Origin: Candidatus Kerfeldbacteria bacterium
Lineage (GTDB): Bacteria > Patescibacteriota > Patescibacteriia > SBBC01 > CAIJZX01
Assembly: GCA_963731735.1 (NCBI GenBank)
Contig: CAVSWO010000002.1
Coordinates: 692,257 to 756,256 of the forward strand
Direction: 5' to 3'
DNA: 64,000 nucleotides
The first letter of the stretch is position 1; each line of letters opens with the position of its first letter. The position numbers were made by a program, and so were the translations under genes. Below the pieces are notes generated by a model. It saw only the letters and a program-made list of their open reading frames with translations. It was not told the origin of the DNA and did no database searches. Shown in pieces: positions 54,828-64,000 of the stretch.

Positions 54828-56096
54828 ATGAAAGGCATCGTTCGCTTCGTGTTTCGCGCCCTGGCCGGGTTGACCCTCCGCCGGTATCGGCCGGTGGTGA
54901 TTGGCATCGCCGGATCAATTGGCAAAACCGCCAGCAAGGAGGCGATTGCCGCTGCCTTGAGCGCCAAGCAGCGCTATGTTCGCAAAACAGTCGGGAGCTT
55001 CAACGGAGAAATTGGTGTGCCGCTGACAATTTTAACCGGCCAAGCGGCCCCCAGTGGATGGTGGTCGTGGCTGATGGCGCTGGGACGAAGTGTTGGGGTG
55101 GCGCTGGGACGGAAACGAGCGTACCCGGAGTATCTGGTGCTTGAATTAGGCGCGGACAAACCCGGAGATTTAGCTATGTTGATGCACATCGCGAAACCGC
55201 AGATTGGCGTGCTGACGGCCATCACGCCCGAGCACCTGGAATTTTTTGGTGACATGCAAGCGGTGGTGAATGAAGAATCGGCGGTGGTCCTTGATTTGCC
55301 GGCCGATGGGCAGGCGGTCATCAATATCGACGAACCCAACGCGGCCGCGGTCGCTAAGCAAGTGCCAGAACGGGTGATCGCCTACGGTTGGTCGCCGCGG
55401 GCCACCATTCGGGCCGTGCGTTCAACGGCGCCGCTCAGTGATCGGGGCTTACCGACCGGTATGCAGGTCAGTATTCGAATGGATAACCAGGAACAGCAAA
55501 TCAGCTTACCCGGGGTGTTTGGCCAACATTCAGTCTATCCAGTTTTGGCGGCCCTGGCCGTCGGCCAGATTGTCGGGATTTCGACGCCCGAGCTGGTCGA
55601 GGGGTTGCAAGACTACCAGCCGCCACCCGGCCGGATGCGATTATTGGAAGGACTCGAGGGGACGCTGCTCATTGATGACAGTTATAACGCATCACCGGCG
55701 GCCATGCAGGCCGGACTCGACGCGGTGGCGGGCATGCAGTTGCCGGGACGGACCTTCGCCATCCTGGGACAAATGTCGGAGCTCGGTTCGGACGCGGCAC
55801 TCTGGCACGATCGGATTGGCCGGAAACTGACCCCGGATCGAATTTACGGCCTGATTACCGTTGGCCCATTGGCGGAACGGATTGGCGCGGCGGCGAAGAA
55901 GAAAGGTTTACCGGAAGATCGGATTTGGAACGTGCCAAACGCGGAAGCGGCCGCCTTGCTAATTCGGCCGATGTTACAGAGTGGCGACGCGATTTACGTC
56001 AAAGGTTCACGCTATGCTAGCCGGCTGGAACGAACCGTCAGGCTGCTGCTGCATAACCCGGCTCGCGATCTCTCGAAGCTGGTGCCGTCCGCCTAA
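54828..56096 (+). CDS. murF: UDP-N-acetylmuramoyl-tripeptide--D-alanyl-D-alanine ligase
   Basis: Mur ligase motifs GIAGSIGKT, DDSYNASP. TATACT lies 7 nt upstream of the ATG. The ORF-track start 54714 overlaps the PBP gene. Confidence 0.85.
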   Translation: MKGIVRFVFRALAGLTLRRYRPVVIGIAGSIGKTASKEAIAAALSAKQRYVRKTVGSFNGEIGVPLTILTGQAAPSGWWSWLMALGRSVGVALGRKRAYPEYLVLELGADKPGDLAMLMHIAKPQIGVLTAITPEHLEFFGDMQAVVNEESAVVLDLPADGQAVINIDEPNAAAVAKQVPERVIAYGWSPRATIRAVRSTAPLSDRGLPTGMQVSIRMDNQEQQISLPGVFGQHSVYPVLAALAVGQIVGISTPELVEGLQDYQPPPGRMRLLEGLEGTLLIDDSYNASPAAMQAGLDAVAGMQLPGRTFAILGQMSELGSDAALWHDRIGRKLTPDRIYGLITVGPLAERIGAAAKKKGLPEDRIWNVPNAEAAALLIRPMLQSGDAIYVKGSRYASRLERTVRLLLHNPARDLSKLVPSA

Positions 56097-56268
56097 AATC
56101 AAGGGTGCTTTGACCTGGCTCGGAATTTCTGGCAGGCAGCTGGTTGTGGAGTATTCCAACGCTTCATTCGTTTCGGCTGTGGCTTGACGGCGAGTATATA
56201 CTATGCTAGGTTTCGGCGTTGATCTTTTTGATTTGACGCGAAGGTAGTATCCCTTCAAGGAGGTGCCA

Positions 56269-56793
56269 GTGATTGGCATCATTGCTTACAGCTTTGCTTG
56301 GCGTCGGGAAGGCCACAGTCCGTGCAATCAACGGCTGGCCCTGACGACTGCAAGAATCGCTTATGCTTCATCTCTGGGGATGACGCCGGGCACCAAACTT
56401 TTTGGTCCAGGGATCGAGATCGTTGCTCAGCGCACGATTGCAGACATCTTGGCGGAAGAATGTATCCCATGCCATCGAGTCCCAAAAACACCAGGGTATG
56501 AAGGATCCGAGCAAGTAACGGAATTCGCAGATCAGGTATTCCGCCGGGCTGGAGTGACCTACGTCATTCCAATCGCCCAACCGATTTTTCAACTAACCAA
56601 GTGTTTGCACCTTATCCGATCTGCCGGCTACACGACACCGTCTTTTGGGCGATTGGCCAGGGAGATTGGATGGGTCGGGTTCGATCAGCAATCGGTCCAG
56701 CCGGCTACGCGTAGCCTCATGCACCTGGCTTTCTACACCCTCCGACAGATGCTGACGGGCTACCGCCCGCCGACCGCGCAGTCTGAACCTTAG
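56269..56793 (+). CDS. hypothetical protein (174 aa)
   Basis: RBS aaggagg with 5-nt spacer to GTG 56269. Strong intrinsic terminator immediately after the stop. Confidence 0.45.
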   Translation: MIGIIAYSFAWRREGHSPCNQRLALTTARIAYASSLGMTPGTKLFGPGIEIVAQRTIADILAEECIPCHRVPKTPGYEGSEQVTEFADQVFRRAGVTYVIPIAQPIFQLTKCLHLIRSAGYTTPSFGRLAREIGWVGFDQQSVQPATRSLMHLAFYTLRQMLTGYRPPTAQSEP

Positions 56794-56824
56794 CGCTTGG
56801 AGAATTCTCCAAGCGCTTTTTCCT
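56792..56824 (+). terminator. intrinsic terminator (agcgcttggag-aatt-ctccaagcgct + ttttt)
   Basis: Perfect 11-bp stem read directly. Confidence 0.7.
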
Positions 56825-56863
56825 TTGACGCCCATGCAATTTTCTGGCAGACTAGGTGCAGCT

Positions 56864-58123
56864 ATGCGTCAATCTGCACTGTTTACCAAGACCCGCAAAG
56901 AAGTCCCGAAGGATGAGGTTTCAAAAAGCGCGCAGTTATTGCTGCGGGCCGGTTTCGTGCACAAAGAATTAGCCGGAGTGTACGCTTTTTTGCCGTTGGG
57001 GTTGCGGGTATTGAATAACCTGGTCGGCATCATTCGTGAAGAAATGAACAGTATCGGGGGCCAGGAAGTTTCGTTGACCGCTTTGCAAGACCCGGAGATT
57101 TGGAAGCAGAGCGATCGTTGGGATGACGCCAAGGTCGATGCTTGGTTCAAAACCCAGCTGAAAAATAAAACTGAACTCGGTTTGGGTTTAACCCATGAGG
57201 AGCCCTTGGCCCGGATTATGAAAAATTACGTCGGGTCGTATCGAGACCTGCCGAAATTTGTCTACCAATTCCAGGTCAAGTTCCGGAACGAACTGCGGGC
57301 CAAGAGCGGCTTGTTGCGCGGTCGAGAATTTTTAATGAAGGACCTGTATTCATTTACCGCCACCGCCGAACAACTTGATACGTTTTACGAGCAGGCGGCT
57401 GACGCCTACGAACGCATTTTTGCCCGAATTGGCATTGGTCAGGTTACCCATAAGACTTTCGCCAGCGGCGGCATGTTCACCAAATTCTCGCATGAATACC
57501 AAACCCTGACGGAGGCTGGCGAGGATACGATCTATCTGACGAAAGACAAACGTTTGTCGATCAACAAAGAGGTCTTTACCGATGAGGTACTGGCTATGTT
57601 CAAAAAAACCAAACAGGATTTTACACCCCACCGGGCGATTGAAGTCGGCAATATTTTTAAACTCGGTACCCGCTACGCGGAGGCGGTCGGATTACGCTAT
57701 GCCGATGAATCCGGTACCAGCCATCCGGTGGTGATGGGCTGTTACGGGATCGGCGTTCCGCGTTTATTAGCCACGGTGGTCGAAGTCTTGTCGGATGACC
57801 ACGGGATGATTTGGCCGGCCTCGATCGCGCCCTTTGCCGTTCATCTGGTTGAACTGAACCCGAAGCAGGACAAGCAGGTATCGCAGGCGGCGACCGGACT
57901 GATCAAGCAATTGGCTGCCCAAGGGATTGAGGTGCTGCATGATGATCGTCCGGATATTTCGGCCGGCCAGAAATTTGCCGATTCAGATTTACTTGGCATC
58001 CCGACCCGGGTGGTGGTCAGCCACAAGACGGTGGCGGCCAACAAATTCGAAGTCAAAGATCGAACCAAGCCAGCCGCGCAGCATCTTGGGGCCGCGGCCG
58101 TGCTGAAACACGTCAGGCAATAA
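56864..58123 (+). CDS. proS: proline--tRNA ligase (short bacterial type without editing insertion)
   Basis: Class II motif 2 FRNELRAKSGLLRGREFLMKD, motif 3 region VMGCYGIGVPRLLA, C-terminal anticodon-binding domain. SD-like aggtg 6 nt upstream of ATG 56864. Confidence 0.7.
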   Translation: MRQSALFTKTRKEVPKDEVSKSAQLLLRAGFVHKELAGVYAFLPLGLRVLNNLVGIIREEMNSIGGQEVSLTALQDPEIWKQSDRWDDAKVDAWFKTQLKNKTELGLGLTHEEPLARIMKNYVGSYRDLPKFVYQFQVKFRNELRAKSGLLRGREFLMKDLYSFTATAEQLDTFYEQAADAYERIFARIGIGQVTHKTFASGGMFTKFSHEYQTLTEAGEDTIYLTKDKRLSINKEVFTDEVLAMFKKTKQDFTPHRAIEVGNIFKLGTRYAEAVGLRYADESGTSHPVVMGCYGIGVPRLLATVVEVLSDDHGMIWPASIAPFAVHLVELNPKQDKQVSQAATGLIKQLAAQGIEVLHDDRPDISAGQKFADSDLLGIPTRVVVSHKTVAANKFEVKDRTKPAAQHLGAAAVLKHVRQ

Positions 58124-58126
58124 AAA

Positions 58127-58145
58127 GACTCCGCGGAGCGGAGTC
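58127..58145 (-). terminator. hairpin gactccgc-gga-gcggagtc followed by ttttta on the minus strand
   Basis: Read directly. A U-tract is present only on the minus strand. Confidence 0.45.
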
Positions 58146-58512
58146 AGGCAGTGGTGATCGAGTCACCGGAAGGTTGGAGCGGGTGATAGGTCCCACAGCG
58201 CCGAACGAAAAGTTCGGTGACTTGGTAGCGACCATGAAGGCAATCGAGATACCCGTGACAGACCAATGGCTGGAGCGGATGTTTGACGCTGCCAGGCAGC
58301 GGTTCGGAGCGAAGAACAAAATGAATGAATTCATCTTGGACGAAGGATTGCCAGCCAAGCCGGCGATCTTGTGCGAGCTGGACGACCTGCTGGGCCGTTT
58401 TGGCGATGGCCTGATCATCGAAGGCGCGGGACAGCGGTTGACTGGCGTCGATCTGACTGGGTTGGAAAGCGAATCCGGACATGCATCCTCCTTGGGTATC
58501 CGGAGAAGCCAT
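58144..58512 (-). CDS. hypothetical protein (122 aa); best-supported of three overlapping ORFs here
   Basis: Only ORF whose stop abuts the minus-strand terminator. No family recognised. Confidence 0.25.
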   Translation of the reverse strand: MASPDTQGGCMSGFAFQPSQIDASQPLSRAFDDQAIAKTAQQVVQLAQDRRLGWQSFVQDEFIHFVLRSEPLPGSVKHPLQPLVCHGYLDCLHGRYQVTELFVRRCGTYHPLQPSGDSITTA

Positions 58513-58613
58513 ACGAAAAGAACCAGCGTAGCGTACGGATTGTCGGGGCCGTCGTCAAGCGATTTTTTCCACACGCGTAATCGGCTGGACGGTTTTAGCC
58601 TGGAACTGCTACC

Positions 58614-59150
58614 ATGCAGCACATGATGTTTCATCACGGCTCCCGTCCCAGCCCCCGCCTGGCTGCCAGCGTGATTGTGGTCTTGCTGGCCGGACTCGGG
58701 ATTTTAGCCTGGCAAACTTCCTCGAAGACTGAACCGGAGTACCACGTGCACGCCGCCTTTGACGTATATGTCGATGGGCAACTGCAGGACTACTCCGATT
58801 TGCAATACATGCACGTTGAACCCTGTACCGTCGCGCACAATGACCAACCAGAAGATGATCAGATCGAAAAGGCGCATCTGCATGACGGCGTCGGTGATAT
58901 CGTGCATTCCCATCGAGCCAACGCCACCTGGGGCGATTTGTTTCAGAACATTAAGGTGACTTTGCCGCCGCCCGTGAGCGGCTATAGCAACGGCCAGGCC
59001 GTCAAGGATATTTTATCGCAGCCGATCAAAGCCTACGATCGGGTCTTGATTACGGCCGGGACGGCGCCGGAAAATCTCCAAGCCGCCCTCGACCAGGTCC
59101 CCAGCGTCGACTATATACGTCAGCAAGAGCAAGCTATCGAGAGCTGCTAA
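58614..59150 (+). CDS. hypothetical signal-anchored protein with His-rich motifs (HVHAAFDVYVDG, HLHDGVGDIVHSH)
   Basis: N-terminal TM helix VIVVLLAGLGILAW and His clusters suggestive of metal binding. No family recognised. Confidence 0.35.
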   Translation: MQHMMFHHGSRPSPRLAASVIVVLLAGLGILAWQTSSKTEPEYHVHAAFDVYVDGQLQDYSDLQYMHVEPCTVAHNDQPEDDQIEKAHLHDGVGDIVHSHRANATWGDLFQNIKVTLPPPVSGYSNGQAVKDILSQPIKAYDRVLITAGTAPENLQAALDQVPSVDYIRQQEQAIESC

Positions 59151-60637
59151 GTCGCGTCTGCAATCCGCGCGAAATAATATAGCTGATCCTGGTGCAGCCG
59201 AAGTTCCCAATCCGGGTCGGTTTCCAGGTCCGTTATCGTTTGCCGGAGCTCCGCCTGACTGCCGGCTTCGACCCGCCCGCCCAGCAGCACGATCGCGCGA
59301 TCGGCGTTTTTGAGATTCAGCGGAAAGGACCAGGTCCATTCACGCTGGGTAAAATGCGGAGCCAAACTGTTGGAGACGGATACTCGGTCGGCGGGCCGGA
59401 TATCAGCTTGGATGGCGCGGACGGCGGAGCGATAGGGTGAAGCCTTGAAGACGTCAGTGGCGCTGGTGTGGTGGAGCGTCAACGGCAGCGGGGACAGGAC
59501 CATCGTGGAACTCACCCAACTGAGTCCGATAAAAACAGCCAGTCCGCGGCGAAGATTGACCCCGCCACCGGTTTGCCGAATTACCCAGCGCAGCCCGTAC
59601 CCAGTGGCAACGATCACGAACGGGGCGATGGCAGCCGCATAGTGAAAAAAGATCGCCCGTAAATTATCGTTCGTACTTAACAAGTTAATGCCCAGATCCG
59701 GTAAGGCCGGTAGTAAAAAAAGCCAACCAAACAACGGCGCCAACCAACCAACCGGCCAGAGCAAGACGTTGAGATACCCGGCGGTTGAACCTTGAAAAAT
59801 GTCTTGGAACAAGACGCCGGGTTTGGTCAGCAAACCGGTAAAGACTTGACCGGGGGTGGAACCGAAATCCGAAAAATAGGAGAGGGCAAAATGGCTGCCG
59901 CTGACCCGGGCGGCCGGAATCACCCAGCCCAGCATGGCCGCCGTCCAGCCGACGCCGATTACCATCGTCGCCAGACTAATCCACGGTTGGCGTTTTTGAA
60001 AAAAGAAAACTAATCCCAGCAACCCAACCATCAATCCGATCTCTTCCTTGGCTAGCAGGGCTAAAAAAATCAGGCTGGCGTATAGCCAATACCGTCGTTG
60101 CGCCATGGCCCAAATTGCCCACGGCATGATTCCAGCCACCAACGTTACGGCATGGAAATCAAAAATAACTGCCCACAGGAGTAACGGATAGCCCAGGAAC
60201 AACCCGGCCAGACCGGCGCCCCAACGCGGCCCGAGCCACTGGCGACCAAGCAAAAATATCGGGATCGCTCCGGATGCCACTACCGCGATCTGCAACCACA
60301 TCAGCATCCGAGGATCGCTCCAAATCCAATACAGCGGCACCCCGGCCAGCAGTAAGAAATCCGCGTGGACCGCCTGGCGCGGTTCCTGTATCAGCTGGGT
60401 CGGGTCGGTCAGGACAAAAAATTTCCCGTGCAGGGTGTGCCAGACCACCGAATCCATATTGCCCAAGTCAAACTGGGCGGTAAAAAAATTGACGTGCCGG
60501 AACCAGGCCGAGACACCAAACCAGAGACAGAAGACCGTGATCATCAATCCAACCCAGACCGCCGGTCGGCGGAGCCATGTCCGTACATCCATGCCTATAG
60601 CATACCCAGTTTTTGTTAGGCAGGCAATCGGCCGCAT
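59147..60637 (-). CDS. DUF2079-family polytopic membrane protein (GT-C-like)
   Basis: About 12 TM helices. N-terminal FDLGNMDSVVWHTLHG pattern typical of DUF2079. Confidence 0.5.
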   Translation of the reverse strand: MRPIACLTKTGYAIGMDVRTWLRRPAVWVGLMITVFCLWFGVSAWFRHVNFFTAQFDLGNMDSVVWHTLHGKFFVLTDPTQLIQEPRQAVHADFLLLAGVPLYWIWSDPRMLMWLQIAVVASGAIPIFLLGRQWLGPRWGAGLAGLFLGYPLLLWAVIFDFHAVTLVAGIMPWAIWAMAQRRYWLYASLIFLALLAKEEIGLMVGLLGLVFFFQKRQPWISLATMVIGVGWTAAMLGWVIPAARVSGSHFALSYFSDFGSTPGQVFTGLLTKPGVLFQDIFQGSTAGYLNVLLWPVGWLAPLFGWLFLLPALPDLGINLLSTNDNLRAIFFHYAAAIAPFVIVATGYGLRWVIRQTGGGVNLRRGLAVFIGLSWVSSTMVLSPLPLTLHHTSATDVFKASPYRSAVRAIQADIRPADRVSVSNSLAPHFTQREWTWSFPLNLKNADRAIVLLGGRVEAGSQAELRQTITDLETDPDWELRLHQDQLYYFARIADAT

Positions 60638-60651
60638 GCTATACTGGCGAC

Positions 60652-61017
60652 ATGCGAATACCTACCTGGATCGGTTACATCGTGGCGGTCACGCTCGGAC
60701 TCGGGTTGGGATTTTTTTTGGTCTTGAACGTTCTGTTCTCGGATGTCAGCTCAACCGTTGAACGGGTCCAGGCAGTTGCCATGGTGCTCGGAACCTATGC
60801 AGTGATCAGTTTCTTGTTGGCCCGGCTGTGGCCGAGTCACCGGCGGAGTTGGGTCCTCTGGTTGATTGTCCCGCCCGGAATTTTCGCGACCCTGTACCTG
60901 GTTGGAGAACAACTTTTTAATTGGTATACCTCGGCGGTGTTCCTGGCCTTCATCGGCGGCAGCTTATTGGGGGCCGGGTATCTGTGGTCGCCTCGATCGA
61001 AGCCTCCGGCGGCTTGA
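60652..61017 (+). CDS. hypothetical small membrane protein (four TM helices)
   Basis: ORF plus hydrophobicity only. Confidence 0.3.
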   Translation: MRIPTWIGYIVAVTLGLGLGFFLVLNVLFSDVSSTVERVQAVAMVLGTYAVISFLLARLWPSHRRSWVLWLIVPPGIFATLYLVGEQLFNWYTSAVFLAFIGGSLLGAGYLWSPRSKPPAA

Positions 61018-61049
61018 ACATATCGCGTCCATCAGGTACACTGCTCGGC

Positions 61050-61613
61050 ATGCATTTGACTGCGCAACGATTTCGTATTCCTGACCGGATCTTTTGGATC
61101 TTGGCGGTGGTGGTGCTGACCGTGACGGTCGTGTTTTTAGTTGTGGCCTATCCGTTGCTCCCGCCGCATTTTCCCGGCCACCTTGGTCCGGATGGGCAGG
61201 TTGATCGATGGACTGACCGGACCTGGTGGTCGGTTTTTTTTCCGAGTTTCATGCAGGCAATCGCCATCTTGGGCCTGGGCTGGCTGTATCGTCATCCGCG
61301 ATTTTCGAATATCCCGGGATCGGCCCTAATTGACTTGGCACCCGAACCCATTCGCGGCATCCTGTTTCGGGTATTGCGGCACCTGATCGTCATGACGGTC
61401 GTGATGCTGAACCTGATTTTCGCGTATATCGCGCTGCTGATGGTGGCCACGGCCTTTGGGATCGACCGACCGGTCAATGCTTGGATTTTAGGCAGTCTGA
61501 TTGGGTTGATGATCTGTATCACCATCGTTTACACGATTTGGCTCTACCGCATCGCGCGCTCGGCCCGAATCCAACTGGCCAACCAACACTCATTGTCGAC
61601 GCACCATGGCTAA
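61050..61613 (+). CDS. membrane protein, DUF1648/SdpI-like (tentative)
   Basis: N-terminal TM followed by PxHFxGxxGxDGxxDRW pattern and further TM helices. Confidence 0.35.
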   Translation: MHLTAQRFRIPDRIFWILAVVVLTVTVVFLVVAYPLLPPHFPGHLGPDGQVDRWTDRTWWSVFFPSFMQAIAILGLGWLYRHPRFSNIPGSALIDLAPEPIRGILFRVLRHLIVMTVVMLNLIFAYIALLMVATAFGIDRPVNAWILGSLIGLMICITIVYTIWLYRIARSARIQLANQHSLSTHHG

Positions 61614-63405
61614 CTCCACCACCCACCCACTCAAGTTTTTGTGGCGCTTTCTGCGACCTGACAAAAAGGTAGTTTTTGGGATCAGCGCCCTGCTGATCAT
61701 CAATAACGGTTTTTCGCTGGTTGAGCCGTATTTGTTCAAGCTGGTGATCGATAACTTCCTGACTAAAATCGGTGACCAAACCGCCTTCCCGACCCAAGCC
61801 GATTTCATTCATGGATTGTCGATACTGCTGATCATTTGGATTGCGGTGGCTTTCATTTCCCGGGTGGCCAAGAATTTCCAAGATTACTTTACCACCATGG
61901 TATCCGACCGGGCCGGTATCCGGGTTTTTGATTTTGCGCTCGATCACGTGCTGGGTCTGTCGATGGACTATCATGAAAATAAACGGACCGGCGAAGTCCT
62001 GCGAAAACTGACCAAGGCTCGGGAAGACATCACCAAACTCCTGAAAACCCTGAGTGACAAGATTCTGCAAAACGGCGCCACCATCTTGTTCGTGGTGGGG
62101 TTTTCCCTGATCAAGCAGTGGCAAATGGGCCTGTTGATTGCCGGCTCGATCCCGATTTTTGTGATTACCACCAGCCTAATCGCCAAAAAAATAAAAAAAT
62201 TAGCACATGAAATTAACGAGCAGCAGGAACACCTGCAAGGCTCGGCCGTTCAGGCCCTCGACAACGTGGCGGTGGTCAAGGCTTTTCAAACCGAAAGCAT
62301 CGAGCGCCAACGCACCACCGACCGCAACTGGCTGGGTAACAAACTGCTGGGTACCCAAACCCGCTATTGGCGGACCCTGCTGTTTGTGCAGGGGACGCTG
62401 ATTAACGCCTTCCGGACGGCCATCGTCGGTTACGGAACCTACCTGGCCTTTACCGGGGTGATGACCGCCGGTGATGTGGTCTTCTTTACCTTTTACGCGG
62501 TGGGGATTTTCCAGCCGTTGTATGAATTATCGGATGTCTTTACCGCCTACCAAGACGGGATTGCATCGACCGAACGCTTACGGGAGATTTTGGAACTCCA
62601 TCCGAGCGTGGTGGCGCCGGCGGCCGGTTATCAACCGACCCGACCGGGTTTGGAATTTGTGTTCAACCATGTCGACTTCGCCTACGCGCCCGAGCGGCCA
62701 ATCCTCCGCGATATTAATTTCCGGTTGGAACCAGGTAGAACGGTGGCGATTGTCGGCGGTTCCGGCGGCGGTAAATCAACGATTACGAAATTAGTCATGC
62801 GGTATTATGACGTGACCGGCGGCGATATTCTGGTCAACGGCCACTCAATCAAAGACTGGGACTTAGTGGCCCTGCGCCAGCGGATCAGCGTCGTTTTCCA
62901 GGACAACATTTTGATTAACGACACGATCGCGGCCAATATCGCGTACGGGCACCCTAACAGCTCCCAAGCCGAAATTGAAACCGCCGCCAAACTTGCCAAC
63001 GCGCATGAATTTATCTTGCGGCTGCCGCAAGGCTACCAAACGGTGGTCGGGGAGCGGGGAATTAAATTGTCGGGCGGCGAACGCCAGCGGGTGGCGATTG
63101 CCCGGGCGGTGATACGCAAACCCGAGCTCTACATTTTTGATGAGGCAACGTCATCGCTGGATTCCCAAAGTGAAGCCAGCGTCCGGGACGCGATTGAACA
63201 CGTTTCGGCCCAGGCCGGCAGCCTGATTATCGCGCACCGGTTGTCGACGATTATTCACGCCGACGAGATCATCGTCTTGCACCAAGGGCAAATCGTCGAA
63301 CGCGGCACCCACGATCAGCTGCTCGGGCAGCAAGGTGAATACGCCAAACTCTACACCACCCAGCGCCGCGAAAAACGGCCGACCGAGGCGCCGGCCGCGG
63401 CCTAA
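61606..63405 (+). CDS. ABC transporter permease/ATP-binding fusion protein (exporter, MsbA-like)
   Basis: Six-TM domain then NBD with Walker A GGSGGGKST, signature LSGGERQR, Walker B IFDEATS. Confidence 0.9.
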   Translation: MANSTTHPLKFLWRFLRPDKKVVFGISALLIINNGFSLVEPYLFKLVIDNFLTKIGDQTAFPTQADFIHGLSILLIIWIAVAFISRVAKNFQDYFTTMVSDRAGIRVFDFALDHVLGLSMDYHENKRTGEVLRKLTKAREDITKLLKTLSDKILQNGATILFVVGFSLIKQWQMGLLIAGSIPIFVITTSLIAKKIKKLAHEINEQQEHLQGSAVQALDNVAVVKAFQTESIERQRTTDRNWLGNKLLGTQTRYWRTLLFVQGTLINAFRTAIVGYGTYLAFTGVMTAGDVVFFTFYAVGIFQPLYELSDVFTAYQDGIASTERLREILELHPSVVAPAAGYQPTRPGLEFVFNHVDFAYAPERPILRDINFRLEPGRTVAIVGGSGGGKSTITKLVMRYYDVTGGDILVNGHSIKDWDLVALRQRISVVFQDNILINDTIAANIAYGHPNSSQAEIETAAKLANAHEFILRLPQGYQTVVGERGIKLSGGERQRVAIARAVIRKPELYIFDEATSSLDSQSEASVRDAIEHVSAQAGSLIIAHRLSTIIHADEIIVLHQGQIVERGTHDQLLGQQGEYAKLYTTQRREKRPTEAPAAA

Positions 63406-63483
63406 CGATTGACGAATCGGGGTCGGCGTGGTATGCCTACTACGCCGTCTTACGATAGAGCGACGGCGCTAGTATTCCTGGTT

Positions 63484-64000
63484 ATGGCGAAACACACCCG
63501 CGCACGCATCGCAATCTTTTTTCTGGGCGGCTCAGTCATCGACAGCCGCGGCCGGCGGGGTGACGTGGTGTCCAAAGCCAGTCAGGTTGAACCCTGGATG
63601 GCCAATATGTCGGAAATGGATATCATCGCGGATACCGAAGGTTTTTTTGTGGCTTCCGGCCACCAAGCGATCGGACTGAAAGAATGGTCGCAGTTAGCCC
63701 ATCTGATCGAACGGTCTTACGCTTCGTTCGACGGCTTTGTTGTGGTGCATGATTTGCAAACCATTGCCCCGGCCGCCGTCATGCTGGCGTTGATGACCAC
63801 CGGGTTAGAAAAACCGATTGTTCTGGTCGGGTCGCCGCTGACCGTCAGAGGCCAACGCAGCGCGCCCAGCCTGACCGGTGGCCAAGATTTTGGGGCCAAA
63901 GCCAGCATGATCAACGCCGTCCAAGTCGCCACCTCGGATATTGCCGAAGTCGCGGTTGTCCTGGGTAGCACGATTTTCCGCGGCGCCTCGGTTTCGGTCG
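63484..64000 (+). CDS. L-asparaginase family protein, N-terminal domain (3' truncated by window end)
   Basis: ORF open to the window edge. Asparaginase pattern ..IFFLGGS......HDLQTIAPAAVMLALM....KPIVLVGS..........GQDFGAKASMINAVQVA. Confidence 0.5.
   Translation, partial: MAKHTRARIAIFFLGGSVIDSRGRRGDVVSKASQVEPWMANMSEMDIIADTEGFFVASGHQAIGLKEWSQLAHLIERSYASFDGFVVVHDLQTIAPAAVMLALMTTGLEKPIVLVGSPLTVRGQRSAPSLTGGQDFGAKASMINAVQVATSDIAEVAVVLGSTIFRGASVSV

Noticed and set aside
1-64000. CRISPR array, rRNA genes, integrase or transposase genes
   Set aside because: No regularly spaced direct repeats, no rRNA-like conserved stretches, and no integrase/transposase-like ORFs were recognised. Mobile-element involvement is inferred only from tRNA fragments and compositional islets.

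Overview
This 64 kb window has about 58% GC and is dominated by housekeeping genes of a small-genome, monoderm-like bacterium. These include prfA-prmC, rpmE, rpsB-tsf, rpmG, rplJ-rplL, tgt/queA, a partial dcw cluster (mraZ-rsmH-ftsL-PBP-murF), proS, uppS/uppP, mutM, lexA and transketolase. Many proteins are short (EF-Ts 195 aa, ProRS about 420 aa, TsaB 134 aa) and a sortase with an LAxTG substrate is present, so a CPR/Patescibacteria-like or other reduced Gram-positive-type lineage is plausible; this is inference only. Interleaved with the housekeeping genes are accessory features. (1) A tRNA array (Thr-GGT, Tyr-GTA, Thr-TGT, rpmG, Trp-CCA) and a separate tRNA-Pro are each flanked by partial copies of themselves. 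The tRNA-Tyr case is a nested arrangement: 5' half, 49-nt arm, complete tRNA, 40-nt inverted arm, 3' half. (2) A minus-strand surface-protein operon runs from an AT-rich upstream region with repeated GTACRAAAC motifs through a 1973-aa repeat-rich adhesin ending in an LAxTG sorting signal, a sortase, and a Big_2/Ig-like membrane protein; a CAP-domain protein lies beside it. (3) lexA is followed by a decapitated dinB remnant. (4) Several low-GC islets carry small genes: DUF2188; a Zn-ribbon Nudix plus a GNAT; and a hypothetical gene that sits between a GT2 gene and mraZ. (5) A TATACT hexamer recurs 6-8 nt upstream of start codons, which suggests leaderless mRNAs, and there is a duplicated CTTGACR-N7-TATACT motif. 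No CRISPR array, rRNA, integrase or transposase was recognised. Coordinates of non-CDS features were counted by eye and may be off by 1-2 nt.
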